From Piromyces finnis finn (Eukaryota > Fungi > Neocallimastigomycota), in the NCBI GenBank assembly GCA_002104945.1, contig MCFH01000031.1:124001-188000 (forward strand): DNA of 64,000 nt, read 5' to 3'. Shown here one piece after another: positions 16,823 to 60,374 of this stretch (position 1 is its first letter; every line of letters begins with the position of its first letter). The notes under the pieces were generated by a model. It searched no databases. It saw only the letters and a list, made by a program, of their open reading frames with translations, and had not been told where the DNA came from. The translations under genes and the position numbers were made by a program.

Positions 16823-17663
16823 ATGGCTTCAACAGCTACTACTGACTCTTCATTAACTAAAAATGATAATCATAAACCATGTGACTTAAAAGTAATATTA
16901 TTAGGAGATTCTGCTGTAGGAAAATCAAAATTAATTGAAAGATTTCTTTTAAATGATTATATACCTTATCAATTATCTACATACGCGTTAACACTCTATC
17001 GTCATACATGTCCACATCCATTAAAATCAAAAGCCCCTCCAATTTCTGTTGAATTCTGGGATACTGCCGGTCAAGAAAGATTTCAATCAATGCACCCTTC
17101 ATATTATCATATGGCACATGTTTGTATTCTATGCTTTGATCTTACTAGAAAAATTACATATAAAAATCTTCAACATTGGTATGATGAATTAATGAAATAT
17201 AGAAATAATATTCCTGTAGTTGTTATAGCAAATAAAGTTGATGCAGAACCAGAAAGAGCAAAAAAAAGATATGGTTTTGTGGAAAGAAAAAAGAAGGGAG
17301 AAGCCGAAGATTTACCATTATTCTTTGGTATATTATTATTATTATATCATAATATATTATTAATCATTAATTTTTTATTATTAATCTTTAATTGGAATAT
17401 ATATAATATGTTTATTATTTATTATTTAACAAATTATAATGAAAAATAAAGTTTCGGCAAGTGATGGAACTAATGTTGTAAGTGCATTTAATGAAGCTAT
17501 TAAAAGAGGAATAAAATATAAGGAATCAGAAAAGAATAAGGATTTTGTTGAAGAAGTATTGAATTTCATAGAAGAAGAAGAAAAAAGACCAGATGGCATT
17601 TTTAGTAAAAAAGAAGATACTGATATATTTATGGATAATCAAACTTCATTAATTAATGTATAG
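16823..17663 (+). CDS. RABL2: Rab-like small GTPase RABL2 (IFT-B-associated), 2 exons (16823-17327, 17452-17663)
   Basis: Motifs KVILLGDSAVGKSKLIERFL, QLSTYALTLYRH, FWDTAGQERFQSMHPSYYHMAHVCILCFD, VVIANKVD and LPLFF|VSASDGTNVV..FNEAIK match the RABL2 subfamily. A phase-1 GT..AG intron restores the G5 box. Confidence 0.92.
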
Positions 17664-18179
17664 TCATATTAATATATATAGTTGATATTATAATTGAAAG
17701 TATATAATCAAAATATTAAAGAAAATTTTCATATCTTTTGTATTAATAAGATAACAGAAAAAAATTAGTTCAATTTATAATTTAATATATCATTTTAATA
17801 TTTTTTTTAAAAAAATTATCAATAGTAATAGACAGAATTGTAATTATATAATTATTAAACTATTAAACTTATTTTTTTTTTCTATTCATACCACATACAA
17901 TTATTTTAAAATTATTTTATACATTATTCTAGTAATATTATGCATATTAAATTATTTTAAAAATTTTTTCTTATTAATCAGTTAAACTTTTTAAACTAAA
18001 AAAGTATAATTATAATAATATTAATAAATATTTAAAATATTTATGTGTCATAATAATTCGAAAATTTTTAAGCAACATATTAACAAATAAAATTTATAAT
18101 TTATAAATAATACTTTCTTTTATTTAAGCTTGCTATATTTTTTTTTTTTTTTCAATAAAATTTCATATACTACATACAC

Positions 18180-18261
<82 letters not shown>

Positions 18262-18323
18262 TTATTTTAAAGAAATAAACAATTTTACAAATTCAATAAA
18301 ACGATTAATAAATTTATCAAAAA

Positions 18324-19164
18324 ATGGAAAAACAAGAAGTACGGAAACATTAAACATAATAAAATCAATATTATACCTTATATTCATATATAAGAGCAAT
18401 AATTAAAATATATTTGTATTAATTACTAAACTTTATAGCAAGATATTGACTTTGAACAAGAAAATTTAAAAACCATTATGCAAGAAAACTTAGTTAGATC
18501 AAAGAATATTAAAGATGCTATTGATGTATGTTTTTTTAATAATTTTAATTATAATATATATTAGTATAAATATATCCCTATTAATTACTCTATATATAAA
18601 ATTATATTAAAAATAGGCATCGGAACAAGAAAGGTATATAGTAGTAGTGATTTTAATATATATAAATCTTTTTTCTTCTAAAGACAAGAATTATTTATTA
18701 TTAATATATTGATTTTTAATAGGTCTCGTAGAATTGTTCTTGAGAAAAAAGCTAATCAAGAATCAAATATATTAAGAATTATTAACTTAAACATGGTTGA
18801 AGACCAAGAAGATAAAGAACAGTAATATCATTGTTATTATTGTTTACAATTAAAATTTGCGTTATATTTAATTAATAATAAAATACGCTAATTAAATATA
18901 TACATACTTCTAAATATAATAATACAAATATATTTTAGAAAAAGAAGAGAGCTTGCGCATTCTATTGATAATTTATCAGATTATGACAAAAATGTATAAT
19001 ATATTTATTTAACTGTAATATATTAAAATATATACTAATATTTAAATTTTCCTTTTAAATACAAAAAAAAATAGAGAAAAAAATTAATAGAAAATGATTT
19101 AATTCATGAAGTTCATAAAAGAGAGCAAAAAAGAAATTCTATTGACAAAGGAAATACTGCTTAA
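18324..19164 (+). CDS. Small charged helical protein of unknown function, 120 aa, 6 exons (absent from the ORF track)
   Basis: The aaaATG at 18324 and five GT-AG introns are all phase-consistent. The spliced product is MEKQE|QDIDFEQENLKTIMQENLVRSKNIKDAID|ASEQER|SRRIVLEKKANQESNILRIINLNMVEDQEDKEQ|KRRELAHSIDNLSDYDKN|RKKLIENDLIHEVHKREQKRNSIDKGNTA*. Confidence 0.75.
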
Positions 19165-19875
19165 ACTTTTTATAAAAATGATATATTATCGACCTATTGT
19201 TTTAATATTCATTTTCAAAATAATTTTTAAAATGAATATATAACAACTTACAAATGTCGTATATAAAATTAAAAAAAAAAAAAAAAAAAGAAAGAAAGAA
19301 AATACAGTAAAAATAAATATATACTATTTTCTATTTATATTTTATTTTTATTTTTATTTTTTTTTTCAATATTAAAATAAAATAGTTATTAAATTATTAT
19401 AATATGTTATTTAATATTAAAAATAATTATTAAATAATATTATGAAACATAAATAATTTCATAAAGAAATTAATTTATTTTTATAGATGCTTATTTAAAA
19501 AAAAAAAAAAAAGAATAAAAAATATTATAAATAAAAATATTTTAAATTTTTCATTTTTTTAAAAAATAAACGATTTAAAAAATAAATCATTTAATATTTA
19601 TTATAATAATTGTTTAAAATTAGAAGAAGGGGGGGAAAACTACTACATAAATAAAATAAATATTAATATTAATAATTTTAATAATTTTTAGTGTTAATTT
19701 ATACAAATGTATTACTGATTTGATTTTTATTTTTATTGAAAAAAATAGAATCAATATATAATAAATAAAAAAAATAAAATAAAATAAAATAAAATTTAAA
19801 ATAACATAATAATAATAAATAAATAAATAAATATTAAAAATAAATAAATTATATATATAATTAATCACAAAAAAA

Positions 19876-20830
19876 ATGTTTCAACAGAAATTACAACAAA
19901 ATTCAATTTCAATGAAAAGTAACTTCGACACTAATTTCATTAATGGAGAAAAACAAAATATAATATATTCAAAAATTTATTCTTCAAATGCAATTGCACT
20001 CCACCCCTTTAAGAAAATATTCTTAAATTCAATTTTATTATACACTGGTATAAAATCGTACAGACAATGGAGAAAGTATAAAAAATCTATGACAATTAAT
20101 TCAAATTCAACTATTTATTGGAATTTTAATGTATGTTTTATTGAATATAAAGTAAAATTATAAATTTTTAATTGCTAATAAATAAAAATTTAATGCATAT
20201 ATTAACTATAATTAGAAAACAAAAATCGATGATAATGGTTTGAAATTGCAATATTTATTAAATGAAGAAAATAATGATGTTATGTCATTCTTAGATATTA
20301 TTCAAACTATTGAGGAAATTAAAAACGATGACAGAATTACAGGTATTATAAATTTTAAAATGAAAAGAATATAGTTAAACATATATATATATATATATTT
20401 ATTTAAAACCATTTTTATTATTATTGATTAATATTATGATTATTGTTAAACATTCTATTTTGTATTTATTTTTAATTATTTGAATTATTTGTAATATAAA
20501 AAGGATTCGTAGCTGATTTGAGTTCCATTAATGAATTGGCTATAAATTCTGATTTAGGTTTTGCTCAAGTATGATAACATTAAATTTCTACCGAAATTTT
20601 GAAAAAGATATTATAATCATTTAAATATATTAATTCTTTATATATATATATAATAATAATAATAATAATAAAAATTATAAGATTCAAGAAATAAAATATG
20701 CTCTGGATGAATTAAGAGAAATTAAAATGAAAAAAATAAATAATTTCAAAATGCTAGCATTTACTGACACTTTTGGTATATTTATTTCATATTAATTTAG
20801 TTAATTATTTATTTAACATTGTTACTGATA

Positions 20831-20907
<77 letters not shown>

Positions 20908-22071
20908 TTTATAAATCAATAACATATAATATAATAAAAGATACTCAAGCACATTATTTTCTAGCATCTTCCTTTGATAAAATTAGTATGGAGCCATCAG
21001 GAGTTGTTCCATTAACAGGTTTTGGAACTGTTCAACCAGTATTATCATTATCAATTTTTAAGACATATAATCAAATATTCATATTACCACAACAATTTAT
21101 TAATAATATTTAATTCCTTATTATTTATATATAGTTCTTCAAATTAATTTTGGAAAAATTTGGAATTCAAACGCAGTCACATGTAAGAAATGAATATAAG
21201 AATGCAGTAAGTCATATAACTTCAACAGGATTTAATGGTTCTCAAAGAAAGAACCTTATTCAAGTTTATTCTAATCTTACACATCAATTAGCAGAAGGGA
21301 TTGCTAAAGGAAGATCAAATTCATTAGATAAAATAAAGATATTTAAAAACTCAAATGTAATGTTTTCATTATTAAATTCTTCTAATATTATTGATAATAA
21401 TACTGAAAAGGTAATAGAATTAATTAATCAAGGACCTTATTCTGCTACTGAAGCAATAGAATTCGGTTTGATTGATAATCTTGACTATAGAAGAAGAATT
21501 ATCACTGAATTAAAGAAGGAGAATTTAGATAATACAATATCATTTGCAAAGTATCATAATGCAAGGTAAAAATAAATTTAAATACTTCATTATACCAATA
21601 TCAAAAACTTATATTATGATATATTATGTTAAAAAAAAAAATAGAACAAACGAAATTCAAACAAAAAAAAAAAGAGTTTTAAAATTAGCAAAAACTCAAC
21701 AAATTCCAAATCATGTTAATATAAGCCTTGTTAATATTAAAGGAAACATTGAAAGAAAATATGTTGATGAAACAATTAAATCTTTAATGAAGGCATGCTA
21801 CGATAAAAATACTGAAGCAATTGTTTTAAGAGTTGGTAAATATAATAAATAGAAAATAGAAAATAAATATCATTTATTTAATTGATAGTATTAATATAAT
21901 ATTATTATTTTGTTTTTTATAATATGATTTATAAATAGATTCTAATGGAGGTGATGCAGGTGCCTCCGATACTATTTGGGAAGCTATTGATTTTGTAAAG
22001 AAAGAAAGTAAAAAACCAATTGTTGCTAGTTTAGGAAATATAGCTGCCTCTGGTGGTAAATATTATATAAT

Positions 22072-22128
<57 letters not shown>

Positions 22129-22169
22129 TTTATTTATTTATTTATTTTTATTTATTTATTTATTTATTT

Positions 22170-22246
<77 letters not shown>

Positions 22247-23109
22247 CTTACTTACTTACTTACTTATTTATTTATTTAAATAATAATTAATTGAAATAAT
22301 GAAATAATAATTATTCATTATTTAAAATTTTTCTAGCTTATTATATAGTTTCTGGTTGCGATAAGATATTAGCTTCACCTGGTACTGTCACTGGTTCCAT
22401 AGGGGTAGCATCTGTAAAGCCAGTAATATCTAAACAACAATTAAAGAAATTAGGTATTACATTGGATGAAATTCATATCACTGAAGGTACTAAATATTTT
22501 TCAGTTTTTAATGAATTTTCTGGATCACAATTAGAAAAGTTTATTAAGCATGTAAATGATGCTTATGAACTTTTTAAGAAACGTGTTATGGATGGAAGAA
22601 AAATGGATATTCGAAAGATTGATGAAGTAGCTGGTGGACAGATTTGGACAGGCTTCCATGCTACTAGTAACGGTTTGGTAGATAAAATTGGAGGTATTCA
22701 ACGTGCTTTTCAAGAAGCTGCACATTTAGCTTTGAATCGTAGGAAATCCGAACCTTATACTAAAAAGGAAATAAATTTAATAGAAAAGTATCAATTCCTT
22801 AAAAATTCAGAAGAGCCATCTATAAATATTGTAGATTATGAAAAACCAAATTCCTTCTTTGATTTATTTAACAATAAATCTTTAGAAAAAGAGATTTTTG
22901 CCATGGATGAAATTAAAGAAAATTCTATTGAATCTTCAAAGTCACATTCTTCATCATCTTCATCCTCAAAAGCACACCGTAATATGAATCAACCATTAGC
23001 TATCCATCCACAAGCCCATAAATCCAAATTATCAAAAGATGATACATTATTTTTAATTCAACACCTCATGGATTATTATATTAATTCATCAAATAAAACT
23101 TTTGTATAA
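19876..23109 (+). CDS. sppA: Signal peptide peptidase SppA (protease IV, peptidase S49, two-domain 67K type), 9 exons
   Basis: The spliced product has DTQAHYFLASSFDKISMEPSG, RNEYKNA (catalytic Lys position), GPYSATEAIEFGLIDNL, VLRVDSNGGDAGASDTIWEAI, KPIVASLGNIAASGAYYI (catalytic Ser), ASPGTVTGSIGV and VAGGQIWTG..A..NGLVDKIGG. Confidence 0.9.
22070..22277. repeat. (ATTT)n microsatellite filling most of the last SppA intron
   Basis: Visible run between the GGT G|gtaaat donor (~22056) and the ttctag acceptor (~22336), which splits the AASGAYY motif. Confidence 0.93.
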
Positions 23110-23743
23110 TAGAAAAATATTAAAAATCTTTAAAAAAAAAAAAATTTTTTTTACATTTAGATTATCAATATTAGAATTTTAAAGTTTAAAACTAAATTAA
23201 ATAATAGTAACAATAATAAAATTAATATTTTAATGAATTATATCCAATTTCAACACAAAATATAAATTTACTTATCAAGTGCTTATCAAATATATAATTA
23301 ATTCTAAAAATATTTTTATTATATAAAAACTATAGTGCTTACAATATTCTTTTTTTAGTAAAAGCTGATTTTTACAGATTCAGCTTTAATGAAACATTTC
23401 ACTTATTTAACTTTGTTTTTATATAACAACTCTATTGCTAACTTAAAAGATTACTTATTATATTAAATAAATAATAAGATTCATGATAGAACTAATTAAT
23501 GAAAGTTAATAGCAATTGTATTAATTTTAATTTCTTTTATTATTATTATTATTATTATTATTATATTAATTTATACATATATATATTAACAATTTCAATT
23601 GACAAAGAAGGAAATATTATTACTATTTTTTTTTTTTACTTTTAATAAATTTTGTCTTTTTAGAATCATCATAATTACTTATAATTGTTAATATAAAAGT
23701 ACTTTAAAAGATAAATCAATAATTATAAATTGACTTTGTTTTT

Positions 23744-23806
<63 letters not shown>

Positions 23807-23969
23807 AACTTCAATATTAATACTCTAATTGGTGTAATTATTAATATTTTATAAAATTATTAATATTAATTATTTTTATAATAATAATATTAATTGAATT
23901 ATTTCTGCATCACTTAATATAAAAGAAGTTTGGTTATATTATGGATAATTGATTTATATACATAAAAAT

Positions 23970-28211
<4,242 letters not shown>

Positions 28212-30571
28212 CTTTGTTATATTTCAATTTACTTATTAAATAATGTAATTCTAATTTTGATGTTTATATTAATCTTATTTTTATATCTTCACGCTTAAAG
28301 ATATTTATATTATTATTTTTGTTATTTTAAATATGATAGTTTAAAATAAATAATTATTTATATTGTTTATTATTTCTTTTGTTTATTATAAATTATTGTT
28401 TCGAATTATTATATAAATAATATTTTTTATTAATTATATTATTTTTTTTTTTTTTTTTATAAACGATATATAAAAAATATTATATTTTTAATTATATAAA
28501 ATAATATGTTTATATATTTTTTAAATTAAATGACAAAAAAATCAAACTGATATGTTATATTTTGTTATAATTCTTATTAAAAACTTTGTTGATGAAATAT
28601 ATGTTTATTAATAAAGAAAAATATAAATATATTTTCTATATGTAATATTAATGATTTAGTTATATATCTTTATCAGTATGACTATACTTCAAATAGGACA
28701 GAATAAACAGAGTAAATGCAAAATAAAAACTTCTTTATTCTTAGTTTTTTTTTTTTTTTCCTAAATTTCTCTTTCTTTTTATTATTAAAAAATTCTTTTT
28801 CAATATAACAATTTTTTTTAAAGAAAAAATGTTTACTTTAGTAATTTCAGTGTTGATTTTATATTTTATAAAATAAAATAAATAAAAAGAAAAATTAAAG
28901 AATTAATCCTCCTTATTTTGTTTTAAAATTATTCTTTAATTATTTTTCTTTCAATTATTAATTATTATTTTATTGTTTTTTTAGAAATAATAAAAATTTT
29001 TTAATTCGAATAAAAAATATATATAAATATTTAATTAATATTAAACTTATATTAGAAAACCAAATTTTTAACCTCATTAATATTGGAAATATTTCTTAAA
29101 TTTATTTATTAGTATTTGTTAAGGTTAAGTATTTTTAAAAATTATATCAAATATGATTTCAATATAATGCTTAATATATTGATTTACATTAACTCTTTTC
29201 CTTAAAAAGAGCTATTGAATAAAAAAGTATTAAGTACTATTTATTCCTTTTAAAATTTAATAATAAATAAAAATGGGCTTAGAATAATATAATATTAAAA
29301 TAAGAAAGTGTTCTAATTAATAAAAAAAGTAATTATATATATATTGAAATTTTTGTAAATTGGTTTAGTCATTTTATAACATCGAAATTAATAACCCAAC
29401 CACATACTTAATTATAAATTGTTTACTTATATAAAATTGCCGAAATATAAATGAAAATAAATAATAATAATTTATAACTTAACCTATATTCGAGAAATAA
29501 TAAAAAAATAAATAATGTAAATGTATAATACATTTAATATAAATCATATATACATATATAAATTTATTAATATAATAATAAAAAAAGAACATCTATATAG
29601 ATAAATGATTATTTATATATATGAAATTATATTTAATCATTTGTCATACTCCTTTAATATAAAATATATTGTGGTTGTATATATCGACTCTTTTAGATCA
29701 ATTTTCTTCTGGCTAAAAACTTTGACTAAATCATTCCAAAATCTAGGATATATACTAATTCATCGTTAAAATCAAATGTGTAAAAAAGAAAAAAAAAAGA
29801 AGGGAAGGGAAATTTTATTAAAAGTTAAAAAAAAAAAAAAAAAAAAAGATAACTATGAAATAATATTTAATGATACATATATATATTATTTGATTTTAGG
29901 TTAATAATTTTGAAAATACAATATTCCATGGAATTCACATATCACTTTAAATATTCTTTATTTTTTTTCTCTTACAGCCTGTATATATCTTGTATTATTA
30001 GTAGTTTAAATAAAAAATTACTTTATTAATTATCTTTATATATAACCAAAAATAACTTGTCTTTTATAATGGAATTAAAAAAATTTTATATATATATATT
30101 TTATTTAAAATTTATAATAAAATTATTTACATTATTTTCTTTCAATTTGCTAATACAATTAGTTGAATAATATTAAATAATAAAATATAATATTATATGA
30201 TATTTGAATATTTATATTATTAGTTATTTAATTATTAATAATATTATCTGATTTTTAATTACAGTTAATTTTTTAAAATATTACACATTATAAATAGTAA
30301 AATATAATATAATATTATATTTTACTATTATATAATATTTGAATATTTATATTATTAGTTATATAATTATTAATAATATTATTTGATTTTTAATTATTTT
30401 AAACAATTTATAGTTAATTGTTTAAAATGTTGTACATTATAAATAACTTTTGTCAAAGTCTTTTAAATAAAAATAATAATTATATACATTTTAGAAGATT
30501 GTATGTTTTAATTTGATTTTTGTATCTTTTCAGCTTTTTAGTTCTATTCTTTAAAAATATTACTTTTTAAT

Positions 30572-44264
<13,693 letters not shown>

Positions 44265-47200
44265 TTTTGAATAAAATTTAATAATATATGATTTTTATAT
44301 GTTAAGTATTAAGTATACCTTTTATTGCTTAATTTATACTGTAATGCGAATTAATTTTACTTTTGTATGATATTAGTAATATTATAATTTTAATTTTCTT
44401 TTTTATTGTAAGTTATATTGAATTGTATTGAGATTTCTATTTAGTATTTCTTTTTATTTTATCTAAAATTGATTTTATGATATTTATATTGTATATAATT
44501 TATTGATAATTTTAATTAACAAAAATAAATAAAATATTTTTATTTTAAATTATGACTTAATAATTTAAGTATTGATAATAACTAAATACAAATTAATTTT
44601 TAAAAGCAAAGTTCATATTTCAATAAATTGAATGATTTATATATTATGTATTATAATACTCGTAAATTATTAAATATTTTACAATATATAAATAATATTA
44701 ATGTAAAAATGATAATAGCGATAATAGCTTATGCGTTGAATAAATAAATAACGTAATTATAATATATATAATAATTATATATATATGCTTAAAAATATGT
44801 TTATTTAAGTATTAATTCCGAATATTTTATTTATTTTATTTATTTTATTTTTAATTTTGTTTTTCTGCGAAGTATTTTTCTCTTTTTTCCAAATTTTAAT
44901 AATTTAAATAATATTTGAAAAAAAAAAGTATATTTTTATAATTTCTAAAAATATTATACAATCTTTAAATGTATTAAATAATTCCTTTTTTATATTTAAA
45001 AGGCTTTTTTTTTTTTTTTTTTTTTTAATATTCTATTTTATTCTATATTTTATCTTTATTTTATTTTATATAACTAATAATATTATTCAAAAGAAAAAAA
45101 TATAAAAGTATGTTCATTATTGTAGTATTTATAAAAAAAAAAACATTTTCTATGTTTTCCTTTTTTAGAAATATATTAGTATTATATATTATATATATAT
45201 TATATATTATATTATAATTCAAATATAATTGAACAGTTTATTACATATTTAAATTACAAATTTATATAATAATTAATTTATAATATATAGATTAATATAT
45301 TATAAATTTTATTTTATATTTTTAAATTTTATGATTTGAAATTTACTTAGTGAATATAATAAATTGTTAATTATTCATTACTTCACAAAATGATTTATAA
45401 TATTTTATAATTAAAATAGATAATAATAATAATTAAGTACTATTAAGTATATTGGAAAACTAATTTAATAACAAATAGATTCTTGAAATATCCTTAAATA
45501 TAAAATAAAAAAATATTGTATTTAACAATTGTAATATAATAATATATTAATATAATAGTATAAAAGTATTAACAGTTTTTCTTTTTTCAAAAAAAAACAT
45601 TCTTTTTCCTTTTTTTTTTTATTATAGATATTTATACATACATTTAATTTATTATTTATTATTTATACCAATGTTTCTTTATTAAATAGATAATATAAAG
45701 TATAGATTTATTATTAATTCATATATTATAATATACACCAATTTATTATAATATTAATACCATAATATATAATTTATATATCATTGATTATCTTAAAAAC
45801 AGATAAAGTTAAAATTATATTAATTTATATATATACAAAATTTTTTATTATATATTCTTTATAATATTAATATATTATATTTATAATTATTCATCAAAAA
45901 AATAAATAATTCAATTAAGATTAATATATCGAATTGAAATGCCACACCATATTTCACCTTTAATCACTCATTTTAATTTCCAAGTAAATTAAATTTTTCT
46001 AAATATGGTAACTATTTCTTTTTTTCCTCTATCATTGTTTAATAATATACAAACTTTATTACTATTAAAAAGTTGTTTATATATATTTTAATTATGATCT
46101 ATTAGTTTGAATTTTTATATATTCAATTATTTTATAAACAAATTTAATAAATTATAAATTTTATAATGTATGGTAGTACAAAGAAAACTTTATTTAATAT
46201 TAGAAATTTAAATAATTTTCTATTTTACTTATATAAAATGTATCATAACTCTAATTATTGTTAATACCAAAAAACAGTTTTTACATTCTCTTTACACTTA
46301 AAAAAAATTATATATAAAATAAAATAAAAATTCATAAATGTCAAAATACTGAATAATATTTTAATATTCAAAGTACTAATTGTAAGTAGTGCTTTATTAA
46401 AATTAGAAAATTAGTTTATATTTAATGTATTTAAACAGTCAATATAACATTCATAAAAAAATTAATAAATATATACAAAAAACTTTAAAAAATGTGCAAA
46501 TCTCAAAGAGTATTAATGAAAAATATATTATTTTAAATTATATTTATAATAATAATTATATGAAATTGTAATTATATGTCAAGTTTTTATGACATTTAAT
46601 TATTAGGTTGTTTATTAATTATAATAAAATATACTTAATAGTTTTTATAGTTAAACTTAATTCCATTATTCATAACCCGGGTTAGATTATTAAATATTTA
46701 AAAGATTTAAAAGATTTGTAAGGGTTATCTTACTTTTTTTTTAATTGAAGAGTTAGAAATTTTAATAAAACTATATATATATAATATACTATAATATATT
46801 ATTGAAAAAAAAATCCATTTAAATTATGACTTTTTTTTTTAGTTTTATAAGCCATAATACTAATAAATAATAATGAAATAATATATGAAATAATATAAAT
46901 ATTATTTAATAGTTTGTCATATATTGAATTAAATATTTTTTTATATAACGAAAGCCTTTATCATAAAAAATCATTTGAAGGGACCTGCCATGTTTTTTTT
47001 TTTCTGTTATAAAACTATATTTTTTGACATTTGACATGAAAAGTTTATAATTTATTTAAAATGAATTTTATTTGTATATTATTTTTATTAATTGCACAAT
47101 TGTTAATAAAAATAATATACTGTATTTATCTTTTTTTTCTTTTTTATGTTTAATACTAAAATATAATTAAATGATTATTTTGATTTTATAGTTTCATATT

Positions 47201-48811
47201 CTTTTTCTAATAAATATAAATATTAAATGATTTTAGTAAAGAGAATTCAAAAAATATATTTTTATTGTCAAAAAAAAAAAGGAATAAAACTTCAACGAAT
47301 AAAATGTTTACTTTTTAATTATTTAATTAGTAATAAAGTTTCCATAATATATTATTTAATAATTTGATTGTTCAAATTAAATTAATATTATATTCAGTAA
47401 TATACAGAAAAATAATATTTTTAATTTAAAAGTGTTTAATAATTATGATAAATTTATTATTCAACTATATTAACTGACTTAACATATATTTTTGTTGCTA
47501 TAGAATTATTTTTAAAGCTATATTAACTGACTTTTTTTAAAAATAATTTTATAACAACAAAAATATATTTAAGTATTATTCAATTATAATTGATATATTA
47601 ATTACTGTCTATGTATATGAATATGAAAATGGATATATCAATGTTTCTATATTTTTTAAAATGCATATTCTTATATACTTACTTTATATGGAAAGTATTG
47701 TAAATTAAAAATGCTTTATTTTTATTATAAATTGTTAAAAATTATTTTATAATAAAAAAAAAAAACAGATATAAAGTTGAACTTTTATAGAAAATTAAAG
47801 TATTTGAATAAATATAAAATTTTATTTGTTTAGAGTATATAAATTATATATAAAAGTATAACATATAAATATATTAAATACAAAATAATATATATTATAT
47901 AAAATACCAATAAATAATATTTATAGTTTTATTGATTTTAGATACTTGTTTAAGATAATAAGTTTTTTTAAGATATGTTCATAATATAATAAAATAATTA
48001 TTTTATTCACAATGTATGTTAGACTAATTTATTAACATCATTTTTCTTTAAGTACATTGTATTAAAATATTTATAATTTTAAAAGGTTGTAATTTTAAAA
48101 TGAAAATTTAATTATTGATTGTTTTATATTTTTTAAAATATTATTATTAATAATATTATAATTATGTAATGCAGTAATATAAAGGATTAACTAATATTCA
48201 TATATAAAAATATTATTATAATTAAAAGTAGTAGATAAAAGCAATATTAATAATATAATATATATATTTAAAAACGATGTCTTCATTTAATCTATTATAA
48301 ACAAAATATATAATTTTTTTTCAACTTCAAAGATTTTTAAAAAATATATTTTAAAAATAAGAATTTAATTAATAATATTGACCATTGACATTTAGTGGAA
48401 TAATTATATAATAAATATTTTATTATATCTTGAAGGTAATATAAACATATTGTTGACATTTTTAAGCAGTATTTAATATATAATATAATATATATAATAA
48501 ATTAAATTATATATTATAAATTATATTGTTTAATGAACAACTATTAATATATTATAGGGTTAGACTTTATTTAAACTCAGAATCTAAAATTTTTCTAAAC
48601 ATTTTTTTATTACAACTAATAATTAAAATATATATAAAATAAAATTTATATTTATTTTTTAATATAACAAATATTTAACTTTAATTTTATTTGATTTTAT
48701 AAAAAAAGTAGAACAAAAAAAAAATACTTATGATATTTTATTTATTATTTTTAAACATTTAATATTTAATTATTGCTATATTCTATATTCACTATATTAA
48801 ATAAATAGAAA

Positions 48812-59609
<10,798 letters not shown>

Positions 59610-59638
59610 ATAATTATTCGAAATAAATTCGTTTTAGC

Positions 59639-59710
<72 letters not shown>
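59639..59710. repeat. (AAT)n microsatellite just downstream of the CAMSAP-like stop codon
   Basis: Directly visible run ~30 bp after the TAG at 59607-59609. Confidence 0.93.
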
Positions 59711-59714
<4 letters not shown>

Positions 59715-60374
59715 GTTTAATAAGAAATATATAAATATATTTATTATCAAATAATATATAGACCTAGTATTATTCTTTTAATATCTCAATATTATTGTCT
59801 ATTTATATATATTTCTATTATTATTATTGTTGTTAAGCTAGAACACTTTTATATACAACAAATAAATATAATATAAATTTATGCAAAAATTAAACAATAA
59901 AAGCAAAAGCAAAGTAAATAACAAAATAATATATACTTATTTATATATGCTACTTTAATTATGCAATATGAATATATTTTTTATTAAAAATATAATATAT
60001 ATGTATTTTTTTTTTAATAATCTAATAGTATTATTAAAGAGTATATGTATACTAATAAATACATTTATTATAAGCTGTTATAAATTATATTTAAATTATA
60101 TTTAAAAAGAATAAATAAATATTATTTTTATTTTTATTTATTTATTATTATTTTCTTTTTGCTTAAAATATAAAATAAAAATTTTATAATACTGAAATAA
60201 TAATAATTAATAATAATTTATATAATAAATTGATATTAAAATTGTTAAAAATTATATTTATATTATAGAAGATATATTAAATAAAAATAAGTTGTATTAC
60301 TGAAAAGCTATAAAAAATAAAATGAAAAAAATAATTAAAATAAAAGTTTAGAATAACTATAGCGATGAAAAGTT

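Noticed and set aside
19620-19868. 82-aa hydrophobic minus-strand ORF, and similar short Ile/Phe/Tyr-rich ORFs elsewhere
   Set aside because: It is AT-rich promoter-region sequence read by chance, with no splice or motif support.
19876-23109. SppA as a recent horizontal transfer from gut bacteria
   Set aside because: Eight spliceosomal introns and host-like AT content argue for long residence, so it is kept as a finding only for its possible organellar role.
47465-47533. 16-bp direct repeat ctatattaactgactt (47465 and 47518)
   Set aside because: Only two copies of a mostly AT word, with no supporting context for a regulatory or mobile-element role.
44265-48811. Search of the long spacers (also 28212-30571) for tRNA, snRNA, LTR, MITE or hidden exons
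   Set aside because: I saw no cloverleaf, terminal inverted repeats or phase-consistent exon chains by eye. tRNAscan-SE or Infernal would be needed to exclude diverged RNAs.
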